A stretch of 64,000 bases of DNA from an uncultured delta proteobacterium (GTDB taxonomy: Bacteria > Myxococcota_A > Polyangia > Fen-1088): contig CAVYGB010000010.1 in assembly GCA_963767925.1 (NCBI GenBank), forward strand, positions 928,001-992,000, in the 5' to 3' direction. A model generated the notes under the pieces. That model searched no databases. It was not told where the DNA came from and was given only the letters and a program-made list of their open reading frames with translations. Shown piece by piece: positions 45,571-57,136 of the stretch. Position 1 is the first letter of the stretch; the number at the start of each line of letters is the position of its first letter. The translations under genes were made by a program, and so were the position numbers.

Positions 45571-48500
45571 TTGGATCACGGCAGCGCCATCGACACGACC
45601 GCCGACGCCCCGCCGGGCGAGGATGCTCGGCGGCCGTTTCCCATCGCGGGCGTGGGTGCCTCGGCGGGTGGGCTGACCGCCACGACCGATCTGCTGCGGC
45701 ACCTGGGGCCGCGACCCGGCATCGCGGTCGTGGTCATCCACCACCTGGACCCCACCCACGAGAGCAGCCTGGTCGAGATCTTCTCCCGGGCGACCCCGCT
45801 GCCGGTGGTGGCCGCCAGCGACGGCCTGCAGCCCGAGCGGGATCACGTCTACGTGGTCCCGCCCAACGCGGTGCTGAGCCTGGCTGGCGGCCGACTGGTC
45901 CTGGCCCGCAGAAGCGACGACGGCGGAGCGCACCTGCCGATCGACAGATCCCTCGAGTCGCTGGCCGCCGAATGGGCGGATCAGGCCCTCGGAGTGGTGC
46001 TGTCGGGGACCGGCTCCGACGGCGCGGCTGGCATCCGGGCGATCAAGACCGCCGGGGGCCTAACCTTCGCTCAGGACGCCAGCGCCGAATACACCAGCAT
46101 GCCGAGCAGCGCCATCGCCACCGGGAGCGTGGACTTCGTGTTGCCGCCCGCCGGCATCGCCCAGGAGCTGGTCAGGAGTGGGCAGCGAGCGCCACTGCTC
46201 GGGACGGCCGGCGACGAGACCGATCTGCACCGGATCATGGCGGCGCTGGCGCGGTCGAGCGGGATCGACTTCGTCAACTACAAGCAGACCACCATCGGCC
46301 GGCGCGTGCAGCGGCGGATCGCCGTCAACCGGCTGCCCGGCCTGCGGGAATACGCCGAGCTGGTCGAGCAGAGCGCCGAGGAGGCACGGGCGTTGCGCGA
46401 CGACGTGCTCATCCACGTCACGACGTTCTTTCGCGATCCCCAGGCCTTCGAGGCGCTCGCGGCCCTGGTCTTTCCCAGGATCCTCGAACATCGGGAGCGG
46501 GGCGCCGCCATCCGGGTCTGGGTGCCGGGCTGCTCGACGGGCGAGGAGGTCTACTCGATCGCGATCTGTCTGCTCGAGCTGATCGCCGAGACGCCAGCGG
46601 CCGATGTCCCCATCAAGCTGTTCGGAACCGACGTCAGCCCCGGCGCCATCGACGCCGCCCGCGCCGGAAAATACCCGCCGGGCATCGAACAGCACGTGTC
46701 TGCCGAGCGCCTGGAGCGCTTTTTCCTGAAGACCGATCAGGGCCATCAGATCAGCAAGCAGGTCCGCGACCTGTGTGTCTTCGCCCGGCACGACGCCACC
46801 CGCGATCCGCCCTTCGCCGGCATGGATCTCATAAGTTGCCGCAATCTGCTCATCTACCTCGGCACCCCGCTGCAGGACCGGCTGCTGCCTGTCTTCCATT
46901 ATGCGCTCAAGGACCCCGGGTTTCTCCTCCTCGGCACCTCCGAGACGATCCGCTCGTTTCCCGGGTTCGTGGCCCTCGACGCCAGGAACCGGATCTACGC
47001 ACGCACGGCGGCGGCGCCCCGGATCCTCCTCGACTTCACCGATCGGCGGATGGCCTCCACCCTGGACCAGGCGCCCGGACCGGTGAGGGCGCCGGACGCC
47101 CTCGAGGTCCAGCGCGAGGCGGATCGGCTGGTGCTGGACGCCTACGCGCCCCCCGGCGTGGTCGTGAGCGAGGAGCTGTCCATCGTCCAGTTCCGGGGAC
47201 GGACCGGCCCGTTTCTCGAGCCGGTACCGGGAGCGGCCAGCTTCGATCTGCTGCGGATGGTGCGCGAGGAGCTGCGCCTGCCCGTGCGGCAAACCCTCGA
47301 CGAGGCCCGGGCCAGCAAGGCCACGGCCCGCCGGGGGGCGGTGCTCCTGAAGCCCGAACCCCGCCAGGTCGAGATCGAGGTCATCCCCTTGCGGGCCGCG
47401 CCCACCGCGCAGCGTTTCTTCGTCGTCCTCTTTCGCGAATCCAGCCCCTGCCGGCCAGGAAGCGGCGCACGATGCGGCCCCGGCCAGCAGCGTTGTCCCC
47501 GGCGACCTGCAGCGGGAGCTGGTGCGGGAGCTGGAGTCCACCCGCGACTACCTCCAGGCGGTCATCGAGCAGCTCGAGGCCAGCAACGAGGAGCTGCGGG
47601 CCGCCAACGAGGAGATCGTCTCGAGCAACGAGGAGCTCCGCAGCACCAACGAAGAGATGCAGATGGCCAAGGAAGAGCTCCAGGCCACCAACCAGGAGCT
47701 CGGCACGACCAACGACGAGCTGGCGGTGCGCAACGCCGAGGCGGCACGGCTCAACGACGATCTGAGCAACGTCCTCAGCAGCGTGGAGATCCCGATCGTA
47801 ATCCTCGACCGCGACCGCCACCTCCGCCGCTTCACGCCGGCGGCGGGCAAGCTGCTACACCTGGCGGCCAGCGACCTCGGGCGACCGATCACCGGCGACC
47901 GGCCGATCCTCGCCGCGCTCGGACTCGAGGTGCCCGTTGGCGAAGGCCTGAACGCGCTCAGGACCGTGGAGAGCGCCATCCAGGACGGACAGGGGAGGTG
48001 GTACCAGCTCGCGGTGCGGCCCTACCTCACGCTCGACAACCGGATCGACGGGATTGTCATCAGCGCCATCGACATCGACACGCTGAAGCGGGGCTCCCAG
48101 CGCCTGGCCGAAGCGCGACAGTACGCGGAGGGCATCGTCGACACCGTCCGCGAGTGCCTCCTCGTGCTCGATGCCGACCTGCGCGTGCGCTCCGCGAACC
48201 GGGCGTTCCACCGAACGTTCGGGGTGGGCGCCGCGGAGATCGAGGGCCGGCGCCTCGACGAGCTGGGACGGGGGGAGTGGAACGTCCCCGCGCTGATGGA
48301 GCGCCTCGAGCGGCTGGGCGAGGCCGACAAGCTCGAGGGCTACGAGCTTGACCGGGAGTTCCCACGCGCCGGGCGGCGGGTGTTCCTGGTCAACGCCCGC
48401 CGCATCGAGCAGACCGCCTCGATCCTGGTCGCGCTCGACGACGTCACCGAGAGCCAGCGGATCGAGCAGGCGGTGGCCCAGGTCGAGAGCGGGTTCCGGC

Positions 48501-49561
48501 AGATGCTCACCAGCATCGCCGAGGCCATCGTCCTGACCGATGGGCAGGGGCGAATCGTCTTTGCCAACGAGGAGGCGGCGGCGATGTTCGGCTACTCGAC
48601 CGCCGAGCTTCTCCAGATGTTCGAACACGCTCTCTTTCCGGAGGGCTTGCGCGAGCACCACGGCCGGCTCCGGGCGGAGGTCCTCTCCGGGCAACCGCCA
48701 CACCGGGCCGGAGGTCAGAGCGACCTGCTGGGCCGCCGCAAGGACGGCAGGGAGTTTCCCCTCAAGCTGGTGCTCGGCTCCATGCGCCAGGCGGACGAGC
48801 CCCTGGTGATGGGCTTCTTCTCCGACATCACGCGCCGCCGGGATGCCGAGCGAAAGCTCGCCGATTACCAGGACAAGCTTCGGCGGAGCATGTTCGAGAC
48901 CGCCCGGGCCGAGGACCGCGAGCGGCGCCGCATCGCCACCGATCTGCACGACCGGATCGGCCAGTCGCTCTCGCTCGCCCAGATCAAGCTGGCGTCGATC
49001 CGGGACCGGGTGACGGGTCCTGCCCGCCCCGCGGTCGACGGCGCCGTCGAGCTGATCGAGCAGTCGGTCGCCGACACGCGCACCTTGATCTTCGAGCTCA
49101 GCCCGCCCGTGCTCTATGACCTCGGCCTCAAGGCGGCGCTCTCCTGGCTGGCCGAGGACCTGGAAACGCGCCAGGGGATCCGGATCGCCCTGGCCGACGA
49201 CGGGGCCCCCAAGCCCCTCGACGACGCCACCGCGGCGCTGCTGTTCCGGGCCGTGCGCGAGCTGCTGCTGAACGTGCTGAAGCACGCCCGCACGCCCACG
49301 GCCAGGCTGTCGCTGCGGCGGGCCGGCGACCAGGTCGAGATCGACGTCGAGGATCGGGGCGTGGGCTTCGACCCGGAGGAGGTCGCCTCTCCGTCCGCGG
49401 GAGGCGGCTTCGGTCTGTTCAGCGTGCGCGAGCAGATCGCGCGCCTGGGCGGCGCGGTCGAGATCACCTCCCGGCGCGGCGAGGGAACCCGGATCAGGAT
49501 GCGGGTCCCGCTCGGTCCGGACCGGCCGCTGGACCCGACCCCGAAGGAGGAGACGCGGTGA
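45571..49561 (+). CDS. CheB-CheR-coiled coil-PAS-HisKA_3 sensor kinase fusion, one frameshift at about 47440
   Basis: CheB GASAGG, HHLDP, GTGSDG; CheR VWVPGCSTGEEVYS, ISCRNLLIY; NEELRSTNEE repeats; PAS segments; ERRRIATDLHDRIGQSL, NVLKHA, DRGVGFD, GFGL. Confidence 0.88.
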
Positions 49562-50196
49562 AGATCTTGATCGCCGACGACCACAAGATGATGCGCGATG
49601 GCCTGCGGGCGATCCTCGAGAAAGAGGGGCTCGAAATCGTGGCAGAGGCGGCCAGCGGCCGCGAGGCGGTGGCGCTCGCGCTCGCGGCACACCCGGACGT
49701 GGTGGTCATGGACATCACCATGCCCGAGCTCAACGGCGTGGATGCTACCCGGCGCCTGGTGGCGGAGATCCCCGGCATCAAGGTGATCGCGCTCTCCATG
49801 AACGCCGACCAGCGGTACGTAATCGCGATGTTCAAGGCCGGCGCCGCCGGCTACCTGCTGAAGAACGCGGCGGCGGACGAGCTGCTCCAGGCGATCCGGG
49901 CCGTCGTGGGCGGGCAAACCTTCGTGAGCCCGGGAATCGCCTCCGTCGTGGTCGAGAGCCTCGTCGCCGGCCACCGTTCCGGGGTCAAACCGGGCAAGAC
50001 GCTGAGCCCCCGCGAGCGGGAGGTGCTGCAGCTCCTGGCCGAGGGGAGGTCCTCGAAGGAGATCGCCACGCGCCTGCAGCTCGCGCTGCCCACCGTGGAG
50101 ACCCACCGGCGCCAGATCATGGACAAGCTGGGGCTGCGGAGCGTCGCCGAGCTGACCAAATACGCCATCCGCGAGGGTCTGACCTCCGTGTCGTGA
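49558..50196 (+). CDS. NarL/LuxR-family response regulator
   Basis: ILIADDH...MDITMPELNG...GYLLK...LSPREREVLQLLAEG...TVETHRRQIMDKL. GTGA overlap with the kinase stop. Confidence 0.95.
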   Translation: MKILIADDHKMMRDGLRAILEKEGLEIVAEAASGREAVALALAAHPDVVVMDITMPELNGVDATRRLVAEIPGIKVIALSMNADQRYVIAMFKAGAAGYLLKNAAADELLQAIRAVVGGQTFVSPGIASVVVESLVAGHRSGVKPGKTLSPREREVLQLLAEGRSSKEIATRLQLALPTVETHRRQIMDKLGLRSVAELTKYAIREGLTSVS

Positions 50197-50453
50197 CCCG
50201 CCTCCCCTGGTTTCCGGGCCGCGCATCATCGATCATGGGGATGTTTCGCCGCGCCGGGCCGGGCGACTGTGCGCCCGGTCGTGATGGCGGGAGGGGACAA
50301 CGGAGCGAGAGCAGGTGCCGGAAGGGCGCGCCCTTCCGGCACCTGCCACCTCGCGATCCTCGGTGAAAAGAGAGAACCGCACGATGGCCGGCCGCCGGGC
50401 GAGGACCCATCTTGAGGTGGCGACGGGGCTTGGAAACTCGATGGGAGGGGACG

Positions 50454-50759
50454 ATGCGCTTTTCAGACAACAGCATCCGGGGACGAACGGTGATCGCAGG
50501 AGACGGACAGGTGCTCGGCGAGATCATCGCCGTCCACTTCGACAGCGAGGGATGGCGGGTAGAGGCCATCGGGCTCAAGCTTCGCAAGGATGTGGCCGAC
50601 CAGCTAGGTGCCCATCGCAGCGTATTTCAGGCTGGCGAGCTCGAGCTTCCGGTCGGGACCATACAGTCGGTCGGCGAGACCGTGATCCTGTCGGTGGCCA
50701 TGCCCGAGCTGCAGAGCCTGATACCCAGCGACGGGGCTGACGCCGCCGCGAGCTCCTGA
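50454..50759 (+). CDS. PRC-barrel domain protein
   Basis: SIRGRTVIAGDGQVLGEI..VHFD...IQSVGETVIL. GGAGG upstream. Confidence 0.75.
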   Translation: MRFSDNSIRGRTVIAGDGQVLGEIIAVHFDSEGWRVEAIGLKLRKDVADQLGAHRSVFQAGELELPVGTIQSVGETVILSVAMPELQSLIPSDGADAAASS

Positions 50760-51123
50760 ACCAGCCGCCGCGCTCGGCTCGGGCGTCCCGGCGACGCTCC
50801 GTGGCCGCGCTGCACGGCGCGCTGGCTGGCAAAGGAAAGGATCAGGGTGAAAGGGCCGGCGAGACACGATCGGCAGGCAAGCACCTCGGGGGCAGACGCA
50901 ACGACCGCCAGGCGATGAGCTGGCTCGTCGCGGGTCGCGTCAGCGTCCCGCCAGCGCCGAGATGACCCCTGCCGAAACTTTCGCCTGAATCCTCGATATC
51001 GATGACCAATCGGGCTGAAACCGATGACCACGCGCCGTCTTCGAGCGACGCCTGTTCAGGCTGGGCGGCGCGGCGATCAGGCGGGTCTTCTCGCCGGCGA
51101 GCCAGACCTGATCGAGGATTCCC

Positions 51124-51984
51124 TCAGGCACCGCCAGCGCCGAGAGGACGCGGCGCGGCGCCGTCCCCGGCGTCCAGTTGCCGGTGCAGGACCGCCGGCG
51201 GCTTGACCCCGGCTTGCCGGAGCCCCTCCATGACGCGCTCGGTGACGTCGGTCTCGAGGGCCTTTTCGTACTTCACGTCGAGCACGTAGACCTTGGCCCG
51301 CAGGCGCACGGCGAAGTAGTTGCCCTCGATGACCTGGTTGACCAGCACCGTCCAGGGCTTCTTGAGGAAGGCGAAGCGGCTGGAGGTGATGGCGTCGGCC
51401 ACCACCTGCTTGGCCCGGGCGAAGTCCTGATCGACGCCGATGAAGAAGTCCATCTGGATCAACATGTCCAGGGCGCCGGCGTTGCCGCTCGACACCACGT
51501 CGGTCAGGAACTTGCTGTTCGGGATGGTGACCAGGTTGTCGTCGAGGGTCTGGAGGCGCACCGAGCGCAAGCCGATGGAGGTGATCTCGCCGTAGGTACC
51601 GGCGAAGGTGACCCGGTCGCCCACCTGGAACGGCCGGTCGACCAGGATGATGACGCCGGCGATCACCGAGGCGACCAGGTCCTTGGCGGCGAAACCGAAG
51701 GCCACCGCCATCGACCCGCCCAGGGCCAGCAGCAGCTTGTCCGACACCTGGAAGGACAGGAAGAAGCCGCCGACCAGGGCGGCGATGTAGAGGAAAAAGC
51801 GGATGAAGGTGCCGGCCTGCTGGACCAGGAGCCGACGCTCGGTGAACCGGTTGCCCAGCCGGATGAAGGCGCGGTTCACGGTCTGGCCGACGAACCAGGC
51901 CGCCAGGAGCAGCAATGCCGAGGAGAACAGGCCACCGACGCGAAGGAACGAGAAGATGTTACCGATGCTCTCTGGGCTGTCCAT
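51124..51984 (-). CDS. Small-conductance mechanosensitive channel (MscS family)
   Basis: AVAFGFAAKDLVASVIAG..ILVDRPFQVGDRV..GEITSIGLRSVRLQTLDDNLVTIPNS. Confidence 0.92.
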   Translation of the reverse strand: MDSPESIGNIFSFLRVGGLFSSALLLLAAWFVGQTVNRAFIRLGNRFTERRLLVQQAGTFIRFFLYIAALVGGFFLSFQVSDKLLLALGGSMAVAFGFAAKDLVASVIAGVIILVDRPFQVGDRVTFAGTYGEITSIGLRSVRLQTLDDNLVTIPNSKFLTDVVSSGNAGALDMLIQMDFFIGVDQDFARAKQVVADAITSSRFAFLKKPWTVLVNQVIEGNYFAVRLRAKVYVLDVKYEKALETDVTERVMEGLRQAGVKPPAVLHRQLDAGDGAAPRPLGAGGA

Positions 51985-52019
51985 GTGCCTCCCGGCGCCG
52001 GTGGGCGCGGTTCGCTGTT

Positions 52020-55000
52020 CTATGAATGCACGAGGTGCTTGCGGCGCAGGTAGCGCACGACGGCGGGGTTCCAGAAGGGGGTCACGCGGTAACGCCCTCC
52101 GGCCAGGGCGAGCACGCCCTGTAGCCGCAATGCCTCGAGCGCGATCTCGCAGGCCGCGACCGGGAAGTGGGCCACCCGGGCGGCCTCGCCGGCGGTGAGG
52201 TTCTCCTGGGTCAACAGGGCCGCGAGCACGAAGCGGCTGCGCTCGGGCAACACTTCCAGCGCATCGGCCGTCGGCACCGGCGTCGCGCGCACCGTCACGG
52301 TGCCCACCGCCGTTTCGCGCAGGGAGCGAGCCCAGAAGTTGAGCGCCACCCGGGGCACGCCATCCGAGCGGTCCACCAGCATCCGGATCAGCGCATCGCC
52401 GCCGCGCGGGAGCACCCCCTGATCGCGCTGATCGTCCGCCAGCCCGCTGGCGGCGCCTTCCTCCAGGACGGCCCGATACCCCGAGACCTCGAACCGGCGG
52501 CGCAGGAGGGCCCGCACATCGTCTTCGTTCCAGGGCGGGAGGCGCTTGACGTCGAACACGTCCCTCGCGCGGCTGACGTTCTCCGCGTACTCCCAGGGAT
52601 AGCGGGCGAACGCGCATACCCAGGCGGCGCTGGCCGACGTGCGACCGATCAGGTCGGTGAAGGCCGAAAACGCCTCCAGCCCCCGCACCGCGCGCAGCAC
52701 CAGGTTCTGGCACAGATCGAGGAGCAGCAGGCGCGGCGGCCCGGCCCGCAGCGCCGCCACCAGGTCCTCGACCGACGTGACGCCGGTGAGACCCAGGTGC
52801 CGGCAAAGCGCCTCGATGAGCGCCTCCGGGGTCAAGCTGCGTTCGTCGAAAGCAGCCGTCACCACAGGCCCCCTGCGGGGCCTGCCGGCGGCCGAGCTCG
52901 GCGAGCCAGGTGGACTTGCCGCCGCCCCGATCGCCCACCAGGGCCACTGCCACGGCGGGGCCGCCCGCGCGCCACGCCAGCAGGCGGCGCTCGACCTCGT
53001 CCAGGTGGGGAAAATGATCGATGATCAGCGCGGGAGGCGGCGGATCCTCGGTGAGAGCCTGGACCAGCGCCGGAGGGAGCTCCGGCCAGGCCAGGGACTC
53101 TCCCAGCCCCACGGTGGCATGGGAGCGGCGCTCGAGCAGGAACATGATCGCCTGCCGAGCGTGGCGAAAGCGCAGCACGACGTCTCCCAGGGAGCGGACC
53201 AGGCCGCGCCCGGCCACGTACCCGAACGCCGCGAAGGTCACGAAGAAGCCGGTGCGGCGGTGCCGGTGTCGCTTGACCGCCTCTGCCAGCCGGCCCTGGG
53301 GATACGCTTTCAGATAGGCCTCGGCGATGTCGTCGCGCCATCTCCGGATCTGGATGAAGCCGATGGGCAGCGCCCCTACCCAGAAGAAGTCGACCACCAG
53401 CTCGTAGAGATACCCGCGGCCGACCAGGCGGCCGGCGACGGTCAGGAAGATGACCACCGCCAGCAGATAGAGGCCCAGCATCCGCACCGATCCGAGAATC
53501 CGGGCCGACAGCACCGGCGGGATCTCGAGCAAGTTCCCCGCCGCCGAGTTGGTGAGCAGGTTGTGCGCCAGACTCAGCAACACGCAGTACCAGGCGTAGG
53601 CCAGCAGCAGCGCCCGGATCAGCACCAGCTCGGGGCTGCCGGCATAGCTCACCACGGCGAAGCCCAGGTACACGGTGGCCAGCAGGATGACGGCCGGCGC
53701 GACCTCCGCGGTAAAACCCAGCCAGCGCGCCGTGAAGATGCGCAAGGTGGGGCTGGTCATGCGGCTGCGCAGGGCCGTCCGCCACCGGCGCAGGTAGTCC
53801 GCGAACCGCCTTCGCAGGAAGATCGCGACCACCACGACCACCAGGATCCTGGCGAGGCCCGCGGCCATCGACCCCGCCACCGCCCGCGCGCCACTGTCGC
53901 GGATACTGTCGATCTGCCGCAGGCGGCCGCGGACGTGGTAGCGGGTCATCAGAGCGAGCTGGTCCAGCTCCCGCCGGAGCTGGGCCAGCCCCCGAGATCC
54001 GAAGCCGAGCACCGCCCGGCGCTCGCCGCGGGACAGGCGCGGTAGCAGGTCGATCCGCAGCTCGTTGAGGCCCTCGACGTCCCGGGCCAGGTCGGTGAGG
54101 TGATTCCACCGGGCCGAGCGCTCCTGGTCCAGCAGCTCCCTCTCGATGCGCGCGACGTCGGCGAGCGCGGCCTCCAGCTCCCGCCGATCCGCGGCCAGGC
54201 CGGGCGCCGCGAAGGACGTGCCGGCCAGGTCGAGGCTCCGCCGGAACGGCACCACCCGATCCGCCCGGCCGAGCTCCCCGAGGGCGGCCCGCAGGCGGTC
54301 GCGACGGCTGGAAAGCCGGGTCAAGATCTCGGCGTAGATCCGGTCTGCTTCCGCCTCCGGAAGCGCCGGGGCCTGGACCTTGCGCGCGACCTGCTCGTCC
54401 TGTTCCAGATGCGCCCGGGCCTCGGCCGCCTGCCGCGCCTGCTCGGCGCCGAGCTCGCCGCGCAGGCCGGCCAGCGTGGCCCGGGCAGCCTCCACCCGGG
54501 CCCGCTCGCTGGCGACGGCCTTGAGAGCCCCGTCCGTGGCGCCCCTGGCCCTCGCCAGGGCCGCGCTGCGGGCGCGTTCCGCCGACAGCTCGGCGCTGCG
54601 CGCCTCCTGGCGCGATTGCCGGGCCGACGCCTCGGCGGCCTCGACGCGGCTTCTTTGCGCGTCGGCCTCGAGCAGGCGCCGCCGCTGTTCGCCCGGGCGC
54701 TCGAGGAACGACAGCCGAAGGCGATCGCGACGCAGGCTGAGGCGCGCCTCCGTCACCGTCTCGGGCGGGGCGTCCAGGACACCACCGTCCGCCCCCGCGT
54801 CGCCGCCGGCCCCCTTCGGACCCGCCGCGGCGGCCCCCCCGCCGTCGGTGGGGCCGGGTCGAGACCCCGCGCGCGGGGTCGCCGGATCGGACCGGCGGCG
54901 CCCGGAGGCTCCGCGGGCTCCCCGGCCCTCCACCGCGAGGGCGTCGCCGGCCAGCAAGCCTGCGTCTCGGCTGTCCGCCGCTGTCGCGTCCGGCGTCCGC

Positions 55001-55278
55001 ATGGCCGCCAGGTCGACCTCGGACGCCGCGATGGACCGGCGCAGGCTCGCGATCCGGCGACCGACGTCCGCCTCGCTGGCCAGATCCACCTCGAACAGGC
55101 TCTGGACCGGCACGCCGTCGGGCAGCTCGTCGCGCGCCAGCGCCTCGAGCGCGGCGATGTCGCGCAGGAGCTGGGCCTCGATCCCGTCGCCTGCGGCCGG
55201 CTCGGGCGCCGCCACGGCCAGCAGCCCCAGCGCGCTCGAAAGCATCAGCCCCCCGAGCGCCCGGAGCACCGCCCTCAT
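52020..55278 (-). CDS. Large membrane protein with coiled-coil ectodomain, multi-TM region and C-terminal P-loop ATPase/wHTH; frameshift at about 52871
   Basis: Signal-like N-terminus, helical A/R/E-rich region, several TM segments, Walker A GDRGGGKST. After removing one G from a G5 run the frame continues through LLLLDLCQNL to the stop at 52020. Confidence 0.75.
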
Positions 55279-56042
55279 GGAGCGGTCCGCGTTTCCTCGA
55301 CCCGCAGGACGGCTTGCTCGATCTCCAGCACCAGGGTCCCCAGGCGTGACTCGAGCCCCATGACAGGCACCACCACGAGCCGGCCCTCGCCAGCGCCCGC
55401 CACCTTCTGGATTCCCGCCGACTCGACCGGCAACTCCGGCACCAGCCGGGCCAGCGACTCGCCGCGCTCGGCCCGATCGCCCGAGGCGATCACGGTGCCG
55501 TCGCTGCTGGCCACCAGGGCCCGTCGGATGTGGGGCCGCTTGACCAGGCGTTGCATGTACTCCTGGATGTCCTCGACGTCGTCGCGCACCATCTCCGCGC
55601 GGACCGCCCACTCGGTGGTCACCGCCGCCAGATCCAGGCTCTGCTCCGCCGCCAGGTCGAGGTCCTGCTGCAGCCGCGCGACCAGGTCCTTCTCGGCCCG
55701 GCGGGCCGCTCCGCTCGCGCGGCGAAGGCTGATCCTGCGCCACCCGTACATGGCCAGCGCCGTCCCGGCCCAGACCGCCAGGGCGGCGAACAGCAGCGCC
55801 TCGGGGTTCGCGGACCCGACCCAGACGAGGATCCGGCTGCGACCGATGAGGTAGGCGAGGGCGAAGACGCCGGCGGCGATGAGAACGAAGAGCCACACCC
55901 GGCGCGGCCTCGTGGTCGTCGGGACAGGTGGCAAGGTGGTGACCTCGGTAGACAAGGGTGGATCTCCTTGGCCGCCGAACCTATCAGAACTCGGATGACG
56001 ATGCCGCCGCCGAGCTCGATGGCGCCACGGCGCTGTTGCCAA
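55275..56042 (-). CDS. Hypothetical membrane-anchored protein with Cache/PDC-like domain (start uncertain)
   Basis: Two hydrophobic helices, then WAVRAEM...IQEYMQRLVK..IRRALVASSDGTVIAS...VPVMGLESRLGTLVL. Stop overlaps the ATPase gene ATG (ATGA). Confidence 0.6.
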   Translation of the reverse strand: MATAPWRHRARRRHRHPSSDRFGGQGDPPLSTEVTTLPPVPTTTRPRRVWLFVLIAAGVFALAYLIGRSRILVWVGSANPEALLFAALAVWAGTALAMYGWRRISLRRASGAARRAEKDLVARLQQDLDLAAEQSLDLAAVTTEWAVRAEMVRDDVEDIQEYMQRLVKRPHIRRALVASSDGTVIASGDRAERGESLARLVPELPVESAGIQKVAGAGEGRLVVVPVMGLESRLGTLVLEIEQAVLRVEETRTAP

Positions 56043-56089
56043 CTTTACAAACGAAGGCCCGTCTGTTGGGGTGCCGCGTGGTCTCTTTC

Positions 56090-57136
56090 ATGATTTCAGT
56101 CCGCCACCCTTACCCGCTGCTCGTGGCCTGCCTCGCGCTGGGTGGCGCGGCAGTCGGCGTAGCCCACGCCGAGGAGGGTGCGGACGCCACGGGCAAACCA
56201 CCCGGTCTCGCCCTCGGCGCCTGGGTGCGGGCGGGATTTGGGGCGGTGGTCCCGCCGGGTGCGAACACGGTCCGCCATGGCCCCCGGCTCAGCCTGGCGC
56301 GGCTCTCGGCCCGGGGCACGATCGGTGAGTGGGGGCAGATCGCGCTCCAGGTGGAGGGGGCGTCGGAGAGCGTCGTGCTGCTCGATGCGGTCGCCGAGAT
56401 CGCGGCGCTCCCGGCGCTGTCGCTGCGTGCGGGTCGTTTCAAGACGCCCACCTCCGCGGACTTCCTGGTCGGGGCCCCGGTCACTCCGTTTCTGACCCGC
56501 TCGTTGCTGGTCAGTGAGGGCCTGGTGCAGCAGCGGCTCATCGGGCTCGAGGCCGTGCTGGCCCGGACCACGGGGCCGGGGGCCACCCGCCTGCAGGTCG
56601 GATGGTTTCTCCCGGCACCTGCCGACCGGGCCCTGCTCGCCGACAGCAACGGCGCCTTCCTGAGCGCGCGCGGCCTGATCGCTCTGCCCGCCGGGCTCTC
56701 TCTGCACGCGGCGTACCTCGATCTCCTGGGGGCCAGCAATCAGCCGGTCCTGCCGCCCGAGCCCGCGGGAGCGCCGGCCCGGCGGCCGGTCGGCATGGAT
56801 CGGCAGATCGACCTGGCGCTGCTATGGGCTGGCGGCGGCTGGACAGCCGCGGCCGAGGGCGTCGCGGTCCTCGACCCTCCCGGCGGACGAGCTCCCCTGG
56901 CTGGCTACGCCCAGCTCCTGCGCCGCTTCGAGCTCTGGCGCGAGGGCCTGGCCTGGGAGCCCGGCGGGCGCTTCGACGTGGCGCGGTTGCCGGCGGAGAC
57001 CCTGCAGCGGTTCACCGCCGGCATCACCCTCTACCTGCGCGACCACCGGCTCAAGGCCGCCCTCAACTACGAAGCACTCCACGCCCGGGCGGGCATCGGA
57101 CACGGTGTTCGCGTCGAGCTGCAGGTCGGGCTATGA
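56090..57136 (+). CDS. Outer membrane porin-like protein (OprO/P-like)
   Basis: Signal peptide ending AHA, LSLARLSARG, LLDA, LSLRAGRFKTP, alternating beta pattern ending VELQVGL. Confidence 0.65.
   Translation: MISVRHPYPLLVACLALGGAAVGVAHAEEGADATGKPPGLALGAWVRAGFGAVVPPGANTVRHGPRLSLARLSARGTIGEWGQIALQVEGASESVVLLDAVAEIAALPALSLRAGRFKTPTSADFLVGAPVTPFLTRSLLVSEGLVQQRLIGLEAVLARTTGPGATRLQVGWFLPAPADRALLADSNGAFLSARGLIALPAGLSLHAAYLDLLGASNQPVLPPEPAGAPARRPVGMDRQIDLALLWAGGGWTAAAEGVAVLDPPGGRAPLAGYAQLLRRFELWREGLAWEPGGRFDVARLPAETLQRFTAGITLYLRDHRLKAALNYEALHARAGIGHGVRVELQVGL

Noticed and set aside
47580..47770. Recurrent AACGAGGAG-like repeats, considered as a CRISPR or tandem array
   Set aside because: They encode the NEE heptad coiled coil of the CheB/CheR kinase; there is no repeat-spacer structure and no cas gene.
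50760..51123. 364-bp gap between convergent genes with possible hairpins, considered as ncRNA or riboswitch
   Set aside because: No recognisable RNA family motif by eye; a covariance-model search would be needed.
51124..55896. 1590-aa ORF suggesting an ATPase-MscS fusion
   Set aside because: After the extra G at about 52871 the frame is nonsense; the true ATPase C-terminus is in ORF 52020..52865 with its own stop, and mscS starts at 51984.
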